From NCBI GenBank assembly GCA_951406725.2, contig OX597815.1:37820001-37884000 (forward strand): a stretch of 64,000 nt of DNA, in the 5' to 3' direction. Below are positions 11,617-26,486 of the stretch, piece after piece (positions within the stretch are counted from its first letter, which is position 1; every line of letters begins with the position of its first letter). Below the pieces are notes generated by a model. The model did no database searches. It saw only the letters and a list, made by a program, of their open reading frames with translations, and had not been told where the DNA came from. The position numbers and the translations under genes were made by a program. Origin of the DNA: Octopus vulgaris (taxonomy: Eukaryota).

Positions 11617-14600
11617 ACAAAATGTAAAATTTCACAATCCGGTTAGTTGATTCATGTTAAATCTCTAATAAATTCCAACAATATAAAATGGGTAGCATTC
11701 TTGAGGTTGATTAAACTTTATGTTGCAATTAATTATAGAAACTGTATATTAAAACTCATTGCATGATATCATGTCTTGGTTAAATTCTGGATAGGTAAAT
11801 AATTTGTGCTATATTAGCAAAGGATATTAGTTAATATAGTGTGCTCAATAGATACGTTATTATAATAAGGAGAATGGCTGCTCAAAGAAAATTTATGATA
11901 CAATTATATAGAAGAACTTTAAAAATGAAGCATACCTATGTCGGAGCAATAATTTCACCAAAATATATTACAGCTTTTCATTTATATTAATCCTGAAAGC
12001 ATCTCATTGCTACACTGGGTTCTACATAAATTTAGAAATTATCGTAAAATTATTCAAGTTATGTGAAACTCATTTATAATTATATTTAAAGAGTATAAAA
12101 CACAGTTATCATAATTTCCAAAGTAAACATTACATTTTGGGGAAATGATTGTAATGAATCTGCTATATGAATACATTAATATTTCGGGATAAGATTTTAG
12201 TAAAGATAGAAAGCATGAGAGATAACTGAGTCAGATAAGAGCTGGAAAGAAAATATGTAAAATAATTAGTTATGTCTCTTCATTTTCGTGCTGAAACTTT
12301 GCAGGTGCGCCGATAATCCTTTTAGAAGGATTTTAAGTGCACAATGGAGAAAATGGAATATTAAAATGTAATATGAAATAAGGTCGACAATTGATTATAA
12401 GCCAACGTGCACAAAGCGATAAATTTTTTATGGGAACAAAATTCTCGAAAGATATAACTTAAACCAGAAATTGTTAAGTTGATGTGAGCATGTTTTATAC
12501 GTAATTATTCTTGGATAAGCAATTTCAACAACTCATTTCCAGTTGCACTTCAAGCTCACACAAATGGAAATAAGGCGTTGAATTTGCCTATTCAAGGCGG
12601 CTAGAAGCGAAACCAAATTCAGCAGGTGTAAATAGATAGAAGTTGGACTTCATAATAAAAAGTACAAATGAAGTATAAACAAAGCATCAAAATAATTATC
12701 TTAGTATATCTATGAGGGATATGTTTAGGAATTGCTTTCCCTATTGTGTATAAATGCTCAGTGTCTAAACGCGTGAGATAGAGGAAATGCAAGGAGTATA
12801 CGCCGATTGACCTATATTAATATTTGTGCACAATAAGGGCTCAGGTAGGTTTACCGCTAAAACTCCGGCTTGAAGTGCAAATGGAAATGAAGTGTTGAAA
12901 TTGCCTATCTAAGCTGGCTAGAAGCGGTACCGGATTCAGCAGGTGTAGACAGATAAAAATTGGAATATATATATACTGTATATATATATATATATAAGTT
13001 GAATTAGAAATTAAAAGGAAGATAGACATTTACTAATTACATCTTTTTGTGCTAAGTCACCAAAATAAAATTGGTTATGATGGTCTTTTCAATCGACTCA
13101 TATTACTGGTTCTTATTTTATTGTTCCTAGGGAACTAGAAAAAAAAAAGAATACAGCAAAAAGACAATAAAAGTAGAAAAATTTCAAGTTGTGTGATCAT
13201 GAATTTTCGATAATTACACATGAAACATTGGGTGATAAAGTTTTACTATAGCTTCTGCATGACCAAACAATTAAAAATAAGGTCTGGTTAACTGAATTCA
13301 CGTGTAAGCGCTTCAGAGAAATCATCCTATTTTCAGAGAATGTACTCCATCTTTCGCTCATTTTAACAGCACTATCACCAACATTTGGTTTTATGCGTCT
13401 GTAATGGATGCCACTCTTTTCCAAGATTGAAACCAGATCTCTTGTCTGAAGACAACTTACTCCTTTGCATTTACCAATTCTGATAGCCCTGAAAAAAGTC
13501 ATGAGTGATTCCTTTCTATTTTCCCTCCTGAAGTGATTACATTCTAAATTTTGCGGTGGGAACAGTTAAGTAGAGCTTTCGCCATTAGTATTTGACTGGT
13601 ACTCACATAGATGCACTTGAACTTAAAGAAAGGAAACGTTGAAACCAGACCATAAGTAGATACTGTTATACAGTTTCTCCATTGCCTTAACGATTCTACC
13701 AACCACCACTGCCCAAGAATTAAAATGTTAGAGTTTATTTAACTAAGAGTTTACTGTTGCTTCTTAGAAAGATAATTGAAATTGTAATTTAACCACACAT
13801 CTATGTTGTTATTGATGACTTCAATTAAAATAACAAACATTACCAATGAAGAAATAATATAGAGACATATATATTAGTTTCGAACATTAATGACATAGTC
13901 TGCATACCTGTAATTAATTAAGTTCAATTAATTCCAATTAATTCTTGAGTTCAATTAATTCCAACTGACTTCTTGGTGATGCTTTATACAAGATAATGCA
14001 CAAGTGCACTAACGAACCAAGTTTAATAATAACTAACTTGAAGTGACGAATTGATTAAAAACTAAAGATTAGCAATTAAGATTAAATAATTCTTTCCGAT
14101 TAAAGAAATGAAGTTGACAAGTTTTGGGGTGAAAATGTCCCGCATTCTTTAAATGTAGCATTTTTTCATTTGGAAGTGTTTTTGTCACCACTTTTCGACG
14201 AAACAACGGGAAGAGACCCTGTAAAGCAAGTCGAAATTACAACACGGAATCAGATGACTAGGTGCTCTTCACCGTTCTGTACTATTTACTGGATTATATG
14301 AGCCGTTGATATGGTTTACATGGCTGATTGATTTCCTATAAACTGTAGTAAAATTCTCGTACAAATAACTCGCTACCACCTTTAATAAACAGGTGACTCA
14401 CTGGATTATATAATTTAAGGCACACTCTAAAAAGACCGAAAGAGTGGATCATGGTTGAAATACCTTTGATTATAGGTGTGCTAGATAAGGTTTCGTCTAT
14501 ACCTAAACAGGAACGAGGATAACTGCTTAAAAGATGATCAGAACAGTTCGGATAAAAGTAGATTAACTTGAATTTGTATTTTGATTGAGTAGAATAGCAG

Positions 14601-15056
14601 TCATTTCTTCGACCTCCTGAATATTTATAGTGCATATTTGAACGATATTAGCTTTAGAAAGAAAATTCCTGACTTGGCTTGATTTGAAATCCCTCTTTCA
14701 ATGGTGAGCCTTGATACTTTATCTTGGTAGCGGTTTCAATAAAAGGCAAAAGGAATATTTTCATGATGTTTTCTATAAAAGATCATATCCACATGATTAG
14801 GTTAAGTGGTGCAATTTTATCGAGTCCGAGAAGATGAACTAGAAAGCTGACATTATTCTAATTCAGAAGATAAAAAATATAAATAAATACTGCAGAGCAT
14901 ATTGTCTGACACTCTAGGTGCTTTACGTCTCCATTACATTGTTTGCGAATATACATTGATGTCCTTTTTACTTTAGTTATTTATTTTTTTGCAAGATATG
15001 TACCAGCAGTGTTTACTGCTAATACATATCTTGAGTTCCTCGTCAATTCTGTGATG

Positions 15057-15114
<58 letters not shown>

Positions 15115-16169
15115 TCACTATTATAACAAGAAATTCTGACACTAAAATATGCGACAAATAATGAGTTCTATATATCATGTCGTGATATCTTCAAAAGCGT
15201 TGGGTTAGCTGTGTTTGACAGTTGCAAATTATTACATTAACGGTGGTGATTTTTTTCAGAAAGAATCAACGTAAAATATATCCTTTCTTTATCCGATATT
15301 GTATAGAGCAAATATTCTCAACTGTGGTCACTGTATAGAAAACTGTTGGTAGAATGTTGTCATTTGAATCTACCAATATATTAGAAGTAGATACTGTCGA
15401 CTAACCGACGTTGAATGCTGCACTACGAGTAAATAACCAAGGCGAACACCATGTTACTGACTTTAAATTTTCGCAAGTTTATTTCAGAACTTATTAACTC
15501 TACAATGAAAACGTGTAGCCTAGTGCGTAGGTAATGACTTTGACTCATAATAATCATGGTTGTACGAAGTTATTCTAATAACCTGAGCAAAGGTTTTCTT
15601 TTTTATATCAACGTTAAGAAGTTTAGGATTATTAAATCGAGAGCGCGCTCTCTAGACGCTTTTATTCTAGACGTAATTACACTGCATGATTTGAAGCAAA
15701 TACCGCGAACCATTAAAATAATTGCTAAACATAGGTATCAAATAATTAGAAGATTGGACTAGAAACACCAATCTTTGACAGGTACTAAGATCTGAATTAT
15801 TAACTCCTTCAAACAGTTCGGTTGTTTACCTGATAATCCAGATTTAAGTCTAGTTGGATGTAACAGTAATAAAACCATTTAAAACCAAAACATTATTATT
15901 ACATATCATAAAAAATAATCATAAATAATAATACTGGCAATAAACGAGTTATTCTAAAATTATCAGTTAGCATTAATTTGATTATAAAGACTCACTTTTA
16001 TGCTTAGGGCTGCCGTTGTTGAAATATTTATTCATATTATAAATGGTTTCTTATCATAATGCATTCAACATCAAGAATTCTATTGATTTCTGAAAATTAT
16101 ATGTATTATTTCTTCAATTAGCAATTTAAGTGGGTAAGGATAATGTTTAATAAAAGATAAATGATTGTG

Positions 16170-16455
16170 GGTGCAGGTATGGCTATGTGGCTCGTAGGCC
16201 ATCTACAATAGCCAGGAGACGACCAATGCTTTGTCAGTGAAAATTAGTAGATGGAAACTGTAGTAGCCTAAGCAAATACACAGCATATATGTAGTTTACG
16301 TTACTGTATCTTAGCACTTCGGCAAAGGTGCCCGGTAGAATAAGTTCCAGACCTTACAAAATTAGCACAAGAGTTAATTTGTTCGATTAAAATATCTCTC
16401 AATGCATAGCTGCATAGCTGCAGTCAAATGATTAAAACAAGTAAACGAGATAAAG
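16170..16455 (+). mobile_element. Diverged tRNA-derived SINE
   Basis: GGTGCAGGTATGGCTATGTGG head and GCAGTCAAATGATTAAAACAAGTAAA tail, as in the 25573 copy. Confidence 0.65.
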
Positions 16456-17284
16456 GAGAAATAGTTAAAATATTTGAATTTCAAGATGAATGGGCTAATA
16501 ATAGAATATCGTGCTAACGATTCTGCTAGCTCGCCTCCTTAATAGTGGAATATTGAATTACTTATGTGTACTTTAGCTCATTTTTTACGAGCAAATATAT
16601 TATTCATGACACATATATCATATTTACTTTTTCTTATAAACATTTTCTTTCATTAGTCCTAAGAATTAAACACTGATAATGGGCAAAGCCACAAATTTTA
16701 TTAAAACAAAAGAATCCGTTAATATGATTTTCATGCTTTTCCAAACTACATTAATGTGTTAAGTGAAGTGAAGAAACCAAAAACTAATAGCAGACTTCAT
16801 ACATATGCTTGGCCTGTGTGGATCTTACTTTTGCTTCATAACGGTCACTACATAAACTCTATATTAGTTATTAATTATTCAGGAGCAAAGTGAGATTTCT
16901 TGTTCTTTTTTTGGGGATTGGGTAGGATTGGTAACATTTCAATTAAATGTCTAATCCGTTCTGGCAATGACTATAATCGCAAACTTCTAATAACAGTGTG
17001 AAAAAGAAAACAAGACCACTATTCTCCAAATTAATAATTCTCGCTGATTTTGATTGAGTATTTAAATAAAGGCAATTTTTGAATTATTGGAGATGTCTCT
17101 TAGTTTTCGTTTGCAATAAATATAAATTCTATAGGATTTTGGCTATGTTTTATGATGTAATCTGAGCACTTCATATTTTATGTGATATTTCAAAAATTTT
17201 AACTCCGTGAGCATTTCAGAACTATACTGCAACATATTGTAAATTGGATACCACTGACCTGGGCTGTCTCTAGCTTGTACTTCA

Positions 17285-17821
17285 AACAAGAAGGCAGGCT
17301 GAAAAATACATAGGCGACTATGAAGGAGCGATGCTAGAGCTGTGAAATCTTGCTTGCATTAATTTCAACGCTTCTTATTAATGAATGTATTGCTTATTTC
17401 CAGGTAAACTGACATGAAATGTAAATAGCAGTGACTTCACTTAGCAATTTACAAAATTTGGCATCGTGTTTTAACCCGCAATGACAAATAGACAATCAAT
17501 TCAGCGCGACTGTGGCTTTGAACTGGTTGGTCACCTCCCTATTGTCTCGATCTGCCCCATCTTTCTATTATCTGCACTCCAACATGAAAAGACATTTGGC
17601 TAGGAACCACTATCGATGTGTTGATGACGTCATATCCGCTGTTGATAACATTTGTGAACAGTAGGGTGAACGCTTTTTCACCAACGGAATCCCAGCTCTG
17701 CAACACCGACAGAATAAGTGAATGGACTTCAACGGGGCAATGCTGAAAAATGTACTTCATATTGCCACATTCCATGAGGATATCTTGGTCAGCATTCCCT
17801 ACTTCTCAACCAACCTTCGTA
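17285..17821 (+). mobile_element. Mariner remnant (transposase C-terminus, deleted)
   Basis: Frameshifted HPPYSPDL-like motif at ~17530 followed by YYLHSNMKRHLA; degenerate terminal inverted sequences ending CAACCAACCTTCGTA. Confidence 0.6.
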
Positions 17822-17857
17822 CTTGGAGGGGTACAACTTTATCACTATTTGTGTAGT

Positions 17858-18245
17858 TAAGGCGGCGAGCCGGCGAAATCGTTATCGCACGAGATAAAAT
17901 GCTTTAGCGGCATTTGTCCATCTTTATTTTCTGATTTCAAATTCCACTGAGGTCGACTTTTCCTTTCCTCCTTTCGGGATCGATGACGTAACATTTGAGC
18001 ATTGGGGTCGATGGAATCGACTAATACTTTGCTGGCTTTGTACTTCAGTTTTAAACCATTTTTATTTGTTTAGTCCAATGTGGCGAAACAGCAAAAACGT
18101 TAGCACGACGGACAAAATACTTAGCGACATTTCGTTTGTCTTTACGTTCTGAATTCAAATCCCGCCGAAGTTGCTGTTACATTTCATTCTTTTAGGTTCG
18201 ATAAAATAAGCCGCAGCGAAGCAGTGGGGTCAATAATTCGACTTA
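17858..18245 (+). mobile_element. Two tandem copies of a second tRNA-derived SINE family
   Basis: AAGGCGGCGAGCCGGCGAAATCGTTATC...TTCAAATTCC...GAGGTCGACTTT..CCTTTCGGGATCGAT, repeated in diverged form at 18078; inverse copy at 35160-35378. Confidence 0.7.
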
Positions 18246-18614
18246 ACCTTATTATAAAATTACTGTCCTTGTTTGTTCGGAAATCTGAAATCATTAATAT
18301 CAGTTTGGTCTGGAGATAAGACCTGCATCCGGTGTCTTTCTGATGTCTACAGAAAAGACATAAGCAGACGGTTGACATTCTGGGAAGATATAAGAGGAAA
18401 GTATGGGTTAATATCAGATCTTGTTGGAAGCAAAATAGCAGAATAGGTCATGAGACGAAAAGAGATGAGTCGTTCGACAGTGCTTGAGTTGTTGTTACGA
18501 GGATTAACTTAATCCGAGAGGTATACTTTATTGGAGGAGCGGAAGGAAATCGGAAAGAAACTTGAGGAGATTCAGTGTAGTACAGAATTTGACAAGGCTG
18601 TCCATTTAATGAAA

Positions 18615-18759
18615 TATTAGGTTGTCCCAAAAGTTCGTAAACACTAGCGAAAATTGAATTTTTACTCGCCAAGTACTAACAAAAGCAACAAAAATTATTC
18701 CTCAAAATAAAGACCATTATTTTCCAAGACTTTCTACGAACTTTTGGGACTACCTTATA
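18615..18759. mobile_element. Mariner-derived MITE (~140 bp)
   Basis: TATTAGGTTGTCCCAAAAGTTCGTA ... TACGAACTTTTGGGACTACCTTATA: TIRs with TA ends, similar to TIRs of the mariner at 42887. Confidence 0.85.
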
Positions 18760-21639
18760 CAAGCACAACTCATTTTTGCTAGCTGACTATAGAAGCATGA
18801 AATAAAGTGTCTTGCTCAAGGAAACGACCCCATCCTCGGGTATTGAACTCACAACCTTGTATGATTGTTGAAAAGTAATATTTAACAGCTATTCGTCAAT
18901 GCCATGTTCTTCAAATTTTTGAAGGGCGAAATATATGGCACGAATATCGGTGAGATATCACTCGTGATTCTGCATAACATCTCGTTTCCTTTATCATTTG
19001 TTATTTGCCGAGAAATGAATAAAAACCTGCACTGAGACGCACAAATTTTAACACGTTAATGTATGTATAGAAAATTTGCAAGATGTTTTAATTCTGGATG
19101 CAACCGTGTGAGGGATACCATTTTATCTGAAACAATGGCTAGCATCTACGAGTATCAAATATTATGTATCAGGCATACACTAAAAGACCCCAGTTTTTTT
19201 TCATTATTCATTCAGTAAATAGGCTAATATATTGCCATCGCACCTTTATTCCTCAACAGGAATTCAGTTCCTGAAACAAGGTCAAATCCATCATAATACA
19301 CTTTATTAAACCATGAATGTCACATACTTCCAAACCCTGTTCCATATGCGAGTTATCTTCCCTTTGCGAAAATATAACATTGATTTACATGGAGGTGAGA
19401 GTTTACAGGTCACACTGTCAGAGTATAAAGCTTGTAATATTGTATATGTGGGGGTGGAGATAAAACTCTTATGCCTTGCTTTGAGACGTGTGCGACGAAA
19501 TGTGTGCTAATTATGTCAATACAAAATATAAAATCACTAAGAAGGTCCTGTCGTATGATTTGAACATACGGTGCTATAAGTAGTTTGGAACGTAAAATAT
19601 TAATGTAAAAGTATCAAAATCAACATATCGTGTCTCTGTCTCCATTTCCTTCAGCCATAAACATTATGAACATTACTCCACTGCTAAAGGCCTAATACCT
19701 AATAGAACAATATATTACATATGTCAAACGAACAAACAAAAGATAAAATGTCGTTCGTGAATTATTAACGGATTTAGTTATATCGAACACTACTTGATAT
19801 CAGCAACAGTATTATTGTTAAATAATATATAAATAACAAGGAACTGGTGACAAACGAATAAATATTTCGATGAATGCAATGGAGTAAATTTGATAAGCTT
19901 TAAAATCATGTGAGTACTTACCATAAATAAGGTAAATACCTTTGCATGAATAAAATGACTTCGAATACGAGATGTTAGGATATGAGAGATAATTTAAACA
20001 AACAAGATAAATTAGTGTGTGAATCTCTTCAAATGATCTCTCAAGTTAAAGTTATTTTAAGTGATTGCAGTTTATCTTCTTACAGCCGTCGTGAAGTATA
20101 TACTGAAATTGGAGAAGTTTTAGAGCTAAAGTGAGAAATCATATGAGACGAAATCAGAAAATGAGAAAGGGAAAGGAACAAAGCAGTAAGAATACAATAA
20201 AGAACATAAAACCTGATCTAATGATATAAAACTGAGAGACTTATCAAAAGACACACACAAAAGAAGATATATAAGAGGCGAAGAAATAAGATATAAATAT
20301 ATATTATTAGAAAGAAAGAGATACATAACACTGTTGAGAAGAACGAATTAATGATGGATTGGCAGTTTGTTAGTAGTGTTTAACCCGATGTTGGCCTTTG
20401 ATTAAGCAGATACATGGTCAAACGTAGTTCTAAACCTGAATATCTACTTTCAAATACTTTTGTAGGATTATCTTTATTTCGAACTATTTCATTCCTTGCA
20501 CATCTGTCAAGCGTGGGCTTGTTTACAATAAATGCAACAGTCAATAATTTAGATTTGAATACATTTAGTCATGCGGTGCTGTGTCAAGTTATAACACCTT
20601 GTGCTACCTAATGTTAACATAACGTAATGTTAAAAGTGGGTATTTTCGAGGATTTGTATTGACCTCAAAGGCCTGAACCACAACATCCAAACCTGTTACC
20701 CTTATTGATCATCGAGGATATTTTGCCTAAACTAGCGGGTTCAACCACACTTTCAAACCTTGACGCTTCAAGTAGGTGGAGTCTGCTCACCAGTGCGAAG
20801 TTATCACTTTCATAACGCTTAGATACCGATATTGCTTCACGCGACGCATGTTAGTAATCTTGAGCGCATCCGAGATCTTTCAGCGTGAAATACCATGTAT
20901 GCTTCAGGGAGTTTGTGGGATGTGCATTCACCAAGATGACCTTGACGTGTATTAATGTAATACAGAAAAACACAACAAACGACTTAGATTATCCATGAAA
21001 AATCTCATTGAAACAGGGTTTAAACTAAATGAGACTAAAATTCTAAGACGAAATTTTAAGTTCTTCGGTCCTCAACTACGAAGGAATATATTTGGCTAAT
21101 ACTACAATCAAAAGCCCACCACAAAATGTATAGCGATTTCACATTATTCAATACCAGGGGCGATTTGTTCCTCATTCGAAAAGCACATGTGGTTTTAAGC
21201 AGCAACAAAGTCATAAATAAATTAATATATTTGTAATCAGTACCCAAGTTCTTGCGTACTTTGACGTATCCAAGGAAACTATCGTGAGTGCAATCGTAGG
21301 TAGCTACGATATTGAAGTTTATATATTCCAAGGTCTTTACCGACTTCCGAAACAAGTATCCTATATTTTGATAAATCTGACAACGGCTGAGAATCATTAC
21401 ATTCAGTTGGGAAAATGAACGTTTAGAGAGTACTCGGTTTTGTGACCACATTGAATATTATTTGAAATGGCTGTGAAAGTTCAAACTATTTATCCATCAT
21501 ACGCCCCCAGTGCTTCTCATCAAGAGAAACCTCTCAAATGCATCAAATCATTGTTGCAATTTCTGAAATTCAGCATTGTAGATGAAACTCTCCTGATAAT
21601 ATAAAGCGTGTAGTGGATGTATTATCGCGGAATTACATC

Positions 21640-22740
21640 GGTAGACTGGATGAAGGTATCGTAGGATTACGTGAACGTGATAATATCATCATGGTCAGCA
21701 ACATCAGCAAAACTTCAACAAATCCACGCGGCTGCTACTAGTGACGCTAACCTTCATCTAACCCTTAATTATATTCTACAGGGATGGCCCAACCAAATCA
21801 GCACTATATCACCATCAGTAAATGCCCCTCATATCTTATGATATGTTTGTTGTACACAAACGGCATAAATATCTACTATAATAAGATCGCTTTCCCAAGA
21901 ATATGAGAAGCGAGATAAAAGAAATACGAAACGACGAACAGTAGCATGACCAATTTTTGAGAGGACAGCACTAAGTAAGAGGTGATCTGGAATGAATGCA
22001 GTGATCATGAACAAAGTTTCTACTTGACCGCACTACGAAACCAATCAAAGCAATTCAAAGTAGGAGACCATCTAGAACGTGACCTGGGCAATGAACAGCC
22101 TTCACTCCCTTTAAAGCTGATATCGAGACTACATTGTACATAAAAGCTTATTTGCGATTCATAGGAATCTTGGTCCAAATAATCACTTTCGCGAAGATCA
22201 ACAGCTCATTAGCATATCTAAAGTAGGCCCAGCAGAGTTCAAGCGCTGAATTATGTCAGTTGTACAGACTCGTGCAAGTTGAAACACACAGTCTAAATTG
22301 TGCTCGTTCCAACGGTACTATGAATATGGCATGAAGATCGAGAAACGAACAGTGCAGTAAGATGACCAGCTAAAAATATGGGTAACATATCACACTAAAA
22401 AAATTGCAGCAACTAGAATTAATTCTGCTGAAGTTATCTACAGCAGATTACTTCAAAAGTTGTCATTGTGTTTACCACAGAGATTTCGAGAGAAACACCA
22501 AGAAAATTTGAGTGCATGTTCACCAGTTAAAAAATAAAAAATAAAAATATTACGATCTCGAGAATAGGGCGAACGGAAAACAACGCTTACAACCAGATAA
22601 AAATGTGCGTACTCGAAACGACGGTGGTAAACCTTTGAACTCGAGGGGCATACTCATTAAACATGTCGCAGTTATCGAAGGAATGCCGAGAACATACAAA
22701 CATACAGACATGGTAATAAACCACGACTCATAGAATCGTG
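21640..22740 (+). mobile_element. Highly decayed Ty3/Gypsy pol remnant
   Basis: Peptide KLQQIHAAATSDANLHLTLNYILQGWP (~21710-21790) resembles the Gypsy RNaseH-integrase linker; remainder has many stops and boundaries are approximate. Confidence 0.45.
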
Positions 22741-22853
22741 ATGTGCTAGCAGCAGATTTATGCTCACACCTCTACATTAGAGGTGTGAGCCTAAATCCTT
22801 ATAATAATAATGTGACCACTTGTAAAATATGTCACAATCTATATCAAACATAA

Positions 22854-22938
<85 letters not shown>

Positions 22939-23099
22939 TTGAAATTTACCGTAGAAACGAAAGACGAAGACAGGTGTACAAACAACAAGCAGGTGTATTA
23001 GTTTGACGCCTGGGAAGGTGAGAAAACAGCCCCAATCGCTGCTATAATCCACAAGGTACTTCTAGGTCACTGCTAAACAACCTACAACTATCCTAACAT

Positions 23100-23360
23100 C
23101 CTGCATTCTCTTATTATTCTTTCTTTTCTACTCTATCTTCTTCTTCTTCTTCTTCTTCTTCTTCTTCTTCTTCTTCTTCTTCTTCTTCTTCTTCTTCTTC
23201 TTCTTCCTTTTCTTCTTCTCTTCCTTTTCTTTCTTCTCTGCCAAGAACTCATAACGACCTCGATGCCACATGAAAGACAGATACCTCGATACCACACGAG
23301 AGACAGACACTGGCAGAAACAAGGAAAATGCACCCTGTATTATCCAAATACAAGGTGCAT
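23100..23360 (+). mobile_element. Penelope pseudo-LTR fragment with (TTC)n
   Basis: (TTC)n followed by CCAAGAACTCATAACGACCTCGATGCCACA...GCAGAAACAAGGAAAATGC, homologous to 63040-63120. Confidence 0.6.
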
Positions 23361-23532
23361 AATACTCATGATATTAAGATTTAAATATGAATAAATACTT
23401 ATTTAAATATGTATTTTCTTAGGAAGAGATTTTTTTGTCCATGTTATGTGTGATGATATTTATGAGGGGAGGTAATCGTTTATCGTTATTATGGGCGAGG
23501 GAGATAACTTTTTAGCTTTCGGTATGGGGGGA

Positions 23533-23648
<116 letters not shown>

Positions 23649-24318
23649 AAACTTCGAAAACCTAGTTTAGAGGGAGGATTTGTGTACAGTGATGTAATCT
23701 TGAATTAAAATATGTAAAGAGATAAGATTGGTTATGCGTGTATATTAAGACGCGGTCTGTATTTTTCGATGAAGAAAGTTTCTTCATCTAAGCGATCTTG
23801 TGGAGAAATTTTATCTTTGCACTGGTAAAAGACTTGTGGTGAAATTGTTTCATTGCACTTGTGGTGAAATTGTATCTTTGCACTGGGAAAGACTGTGAAA
23901 TTTGGTTTGGTGTTACCTTCAGATTTCTCTATATGTTCACTTCGAGGAATTTGCTTGTATTGCGGGAACCGGATTTGCTCTTTATGTAGAATGGTTCTTC
24001 GTCTCAAAGTCATACTGTCTGTCCATATAGTTTTGTCTTACAACCTGAGTATGTTATTACATGAATTAGGTTCTCAGAGGCACAACTGAACCTGGTTTTA
24101 ATTGTGAACCTCTCTCCTTGTTTGAAACGGAAATCCGAGCTTTCAAGTAGGAGCAGGCTTCACAGTTTGGGCGCACACATTTTTTAACCATTGGTTTCGT
24201 CGTTGTTTTGACTGCTATCTCTACCCTTAATTATAATTGCAATATTAATTATTACCTATAAGGTTTTTGAACCCATGTGGCAATATGATCGGTATTTTAA
24301 ATAACGATCTTATCCTCC

Positions 24319-24376
<58 letters not shown>

Positions 24377-24385
24377 CAGTATATA

Positions 24386-25483
24386 CAGGTGTTGGACAAA
24401 ATAATGGAAACACGTAGCATCATAGCATCACAATTTTTTGATATATTATTAGTGTTGCTTAATATGTTTTGCTAAAATTGCTGTTTCTTTTCAGATATCA
24501 TTAGAAAAAGATAATTAAGATTCATTAAAATGACAAATCTGTTGGACTTTCAAAGAGATCAAATTGTTGGTACTCGGAAAGCAAGCGCTAGCGTAACGAA
24601 AAGAGCCGAAATGTTTGGTGTACCGACCAATACTGCCTTGCCGAAACAAAACTCGGGAAGAAAACCAAAACTTGCAGATAGAGAGCGTCGGATTCTTACG
24701 CGAATTGTTAGAAAGGAAAACAAAAGTACAGCTCTCACAATTATTGCAGAGCTTAATGACCACATCGACAACCCTGTTTTCACAAAACCTGTTCGCCGGA
24801 AGCTGCACAAAGTCAGATTTCATGGAAGGGTTGCAATCAGAAAGCCACTACTTTCAAAAACAAACGTTGCAAAGCGTTTAGAGTGGAGTAAAAACCTACA
24901 CAATGGGTCTCTAGAGCAGTGGAAGAATGTTATTTTCTCGGACGAATTAATCCTTTACTTTATTTCTGACAACTGGCCGGGTATGCTAGTGGAGACAGCC
25001 AAAAGAAGCATTTGATCCAGACTGCATTCTTCCAACTCTTAAACATGGATAAGGATCCGTAATGATCTGGTGGAGTTATATCTTGGAAATACTCCGACCC
25101 AATGATTTCACTTCATGGCAGAATTAATAGTCAAGACTATATAAGCATTTTATCTGATCAAATTCATGCTATGCTTGCGGAACTGTTTCCATAGGTAATG
25201 TTCTCGTGAAGTTGAACATATAATCTGGTCACCACAATCCACATATAGTGCAATTTAAAATAACAAGTAAGGAGTCGATATCCTCGACCATGATTACTAC
25301 AAGATTCGGAGACCGCTTTAGCTGAAAAATGAGCAAAAATTCCCTTGGAAACAACGAAAACTTTGTACGAGTCCATACCTCGTAGAATTCAAGCTGTAAT
25401 TACTACCAAAGGCAGCCCTATCGCATTTTAAAATAAATTCGTTTGAAATTTTAAGGCCTTTCCCTTATTTTGTCCAACCCCTC
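24386..25483 (+). mobile_element. Tc1-like DNA transposon with disrupted transposase
   Basis: TA|CAGGTGTTGGACAAAATAATGGAAA ... TTTCCCTTATTTTGTCCAACCCCTC|TA; ORF 24530-25015 has HTH start, SGRKPKL, RKPLLS and WKNVIFSDE, then frameshifts and stops. Confidence 0.92.
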
Positions 25484-25571
25484 TAGTTATGAGCTACTAA
25501 TGCTTTCATGAATTGAAGATATAGTATTCAAAACAGGCCTAACGCCTCCGAGTATCATTAATTTAACATAT

Positions 25572-25980
25572 ACAGAAGTGGCTGTGTGGTAAGTAGCTTG
25601 CTAACCAACCACATGGTTCCAGGTTCAGTCCCACTGCGTGGCATCTTGGGCAAGTGTCTTCTACTATAGCCCCGGGCCGACCAATACCTTGTGAGTGGAT
25701 TTGGTAGACGGAAACTGAAAGAAGCCTGTCGTATATATGTATATATATAGATATGTATGTGTGTGTGTGTTTGTGTATCTGTGTTTGTCCCCCTAGCATT
25801 GCTTGACAACCGATGCTGGTGTGTTTACGTCCCCGTCACTTAGCGGTTCGGCAAAAGAGACCGATAGAATAAGTACTGGGCTTACAATGAATAAGACTCG
25901 GGGTCGAGTTGCTCAATTAAAGGCGGTGCTCTAGCATGGCCGCAGTCAAATGACTGAAACAAGTAAAAGAGAGAAAGAGA
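25572..25980 (+). mobile_element. Full-length tRNA-derived SINE (octopus-type)
   Basis: A-box-like TGGCTGTGTGG and B-box-like GGTTCAGTCCC, central (TA)/(TG) tract, conserved tail GCATGGCCGCAGTCAAATGACTGAAACAAGTAAAAGA; multiple copies in window. Confidence 0.88.
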
Positions 25981-26486
25981 ATACTCGACTATGTACTATA
26001 TATATGTATATAGTTATATATATGCATGCCTGATCCTTCTACCTATATACGCATATAGAAACAAACATACGTACATGCATACATCCATACATGTATACAT
26101 ACATACGCACATACATACATACATACGTACATACATACATACATACACACACACATATATATATATATATGTGAACAACTACTGAACAACTACTTCCTGT
26201 TTTGACAGACAGGACCTGAACAACTACTTCCTGTCTTGACATTCACTTAACAGACATCCTTAATTAAATTAAACAGCACATGGATTTAATCACATGGATC
26301 TCAATCCTCCAAGGTAATTTTTTCAAGAACTATCATTAAACTCGAGATACACAAAGACTTTACAATGTATCGGTGGACCTATTTTTTAATTTTTGTATAT
26401 GTTTATTATTATTTTTTTGCAAAAAACAATGTAATTTTCTTTTTTCCACATCCTCAAACATAAACATTTTTTTCTTTTCACCATAC

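Noticed and set aside
13197-13502. 101 aa ORF upstream of the GPCR on the same strand
   Set aside because: No recognisable domain or supported splice structure
14336-15870. Possible further GIY-YIG/PLE remnants
   Set aside because: Too degenerate to support by eye
25572-25650. tRNA gene
   Set aside because: A/B-box-like head of a SINE; no complete cloverleaf
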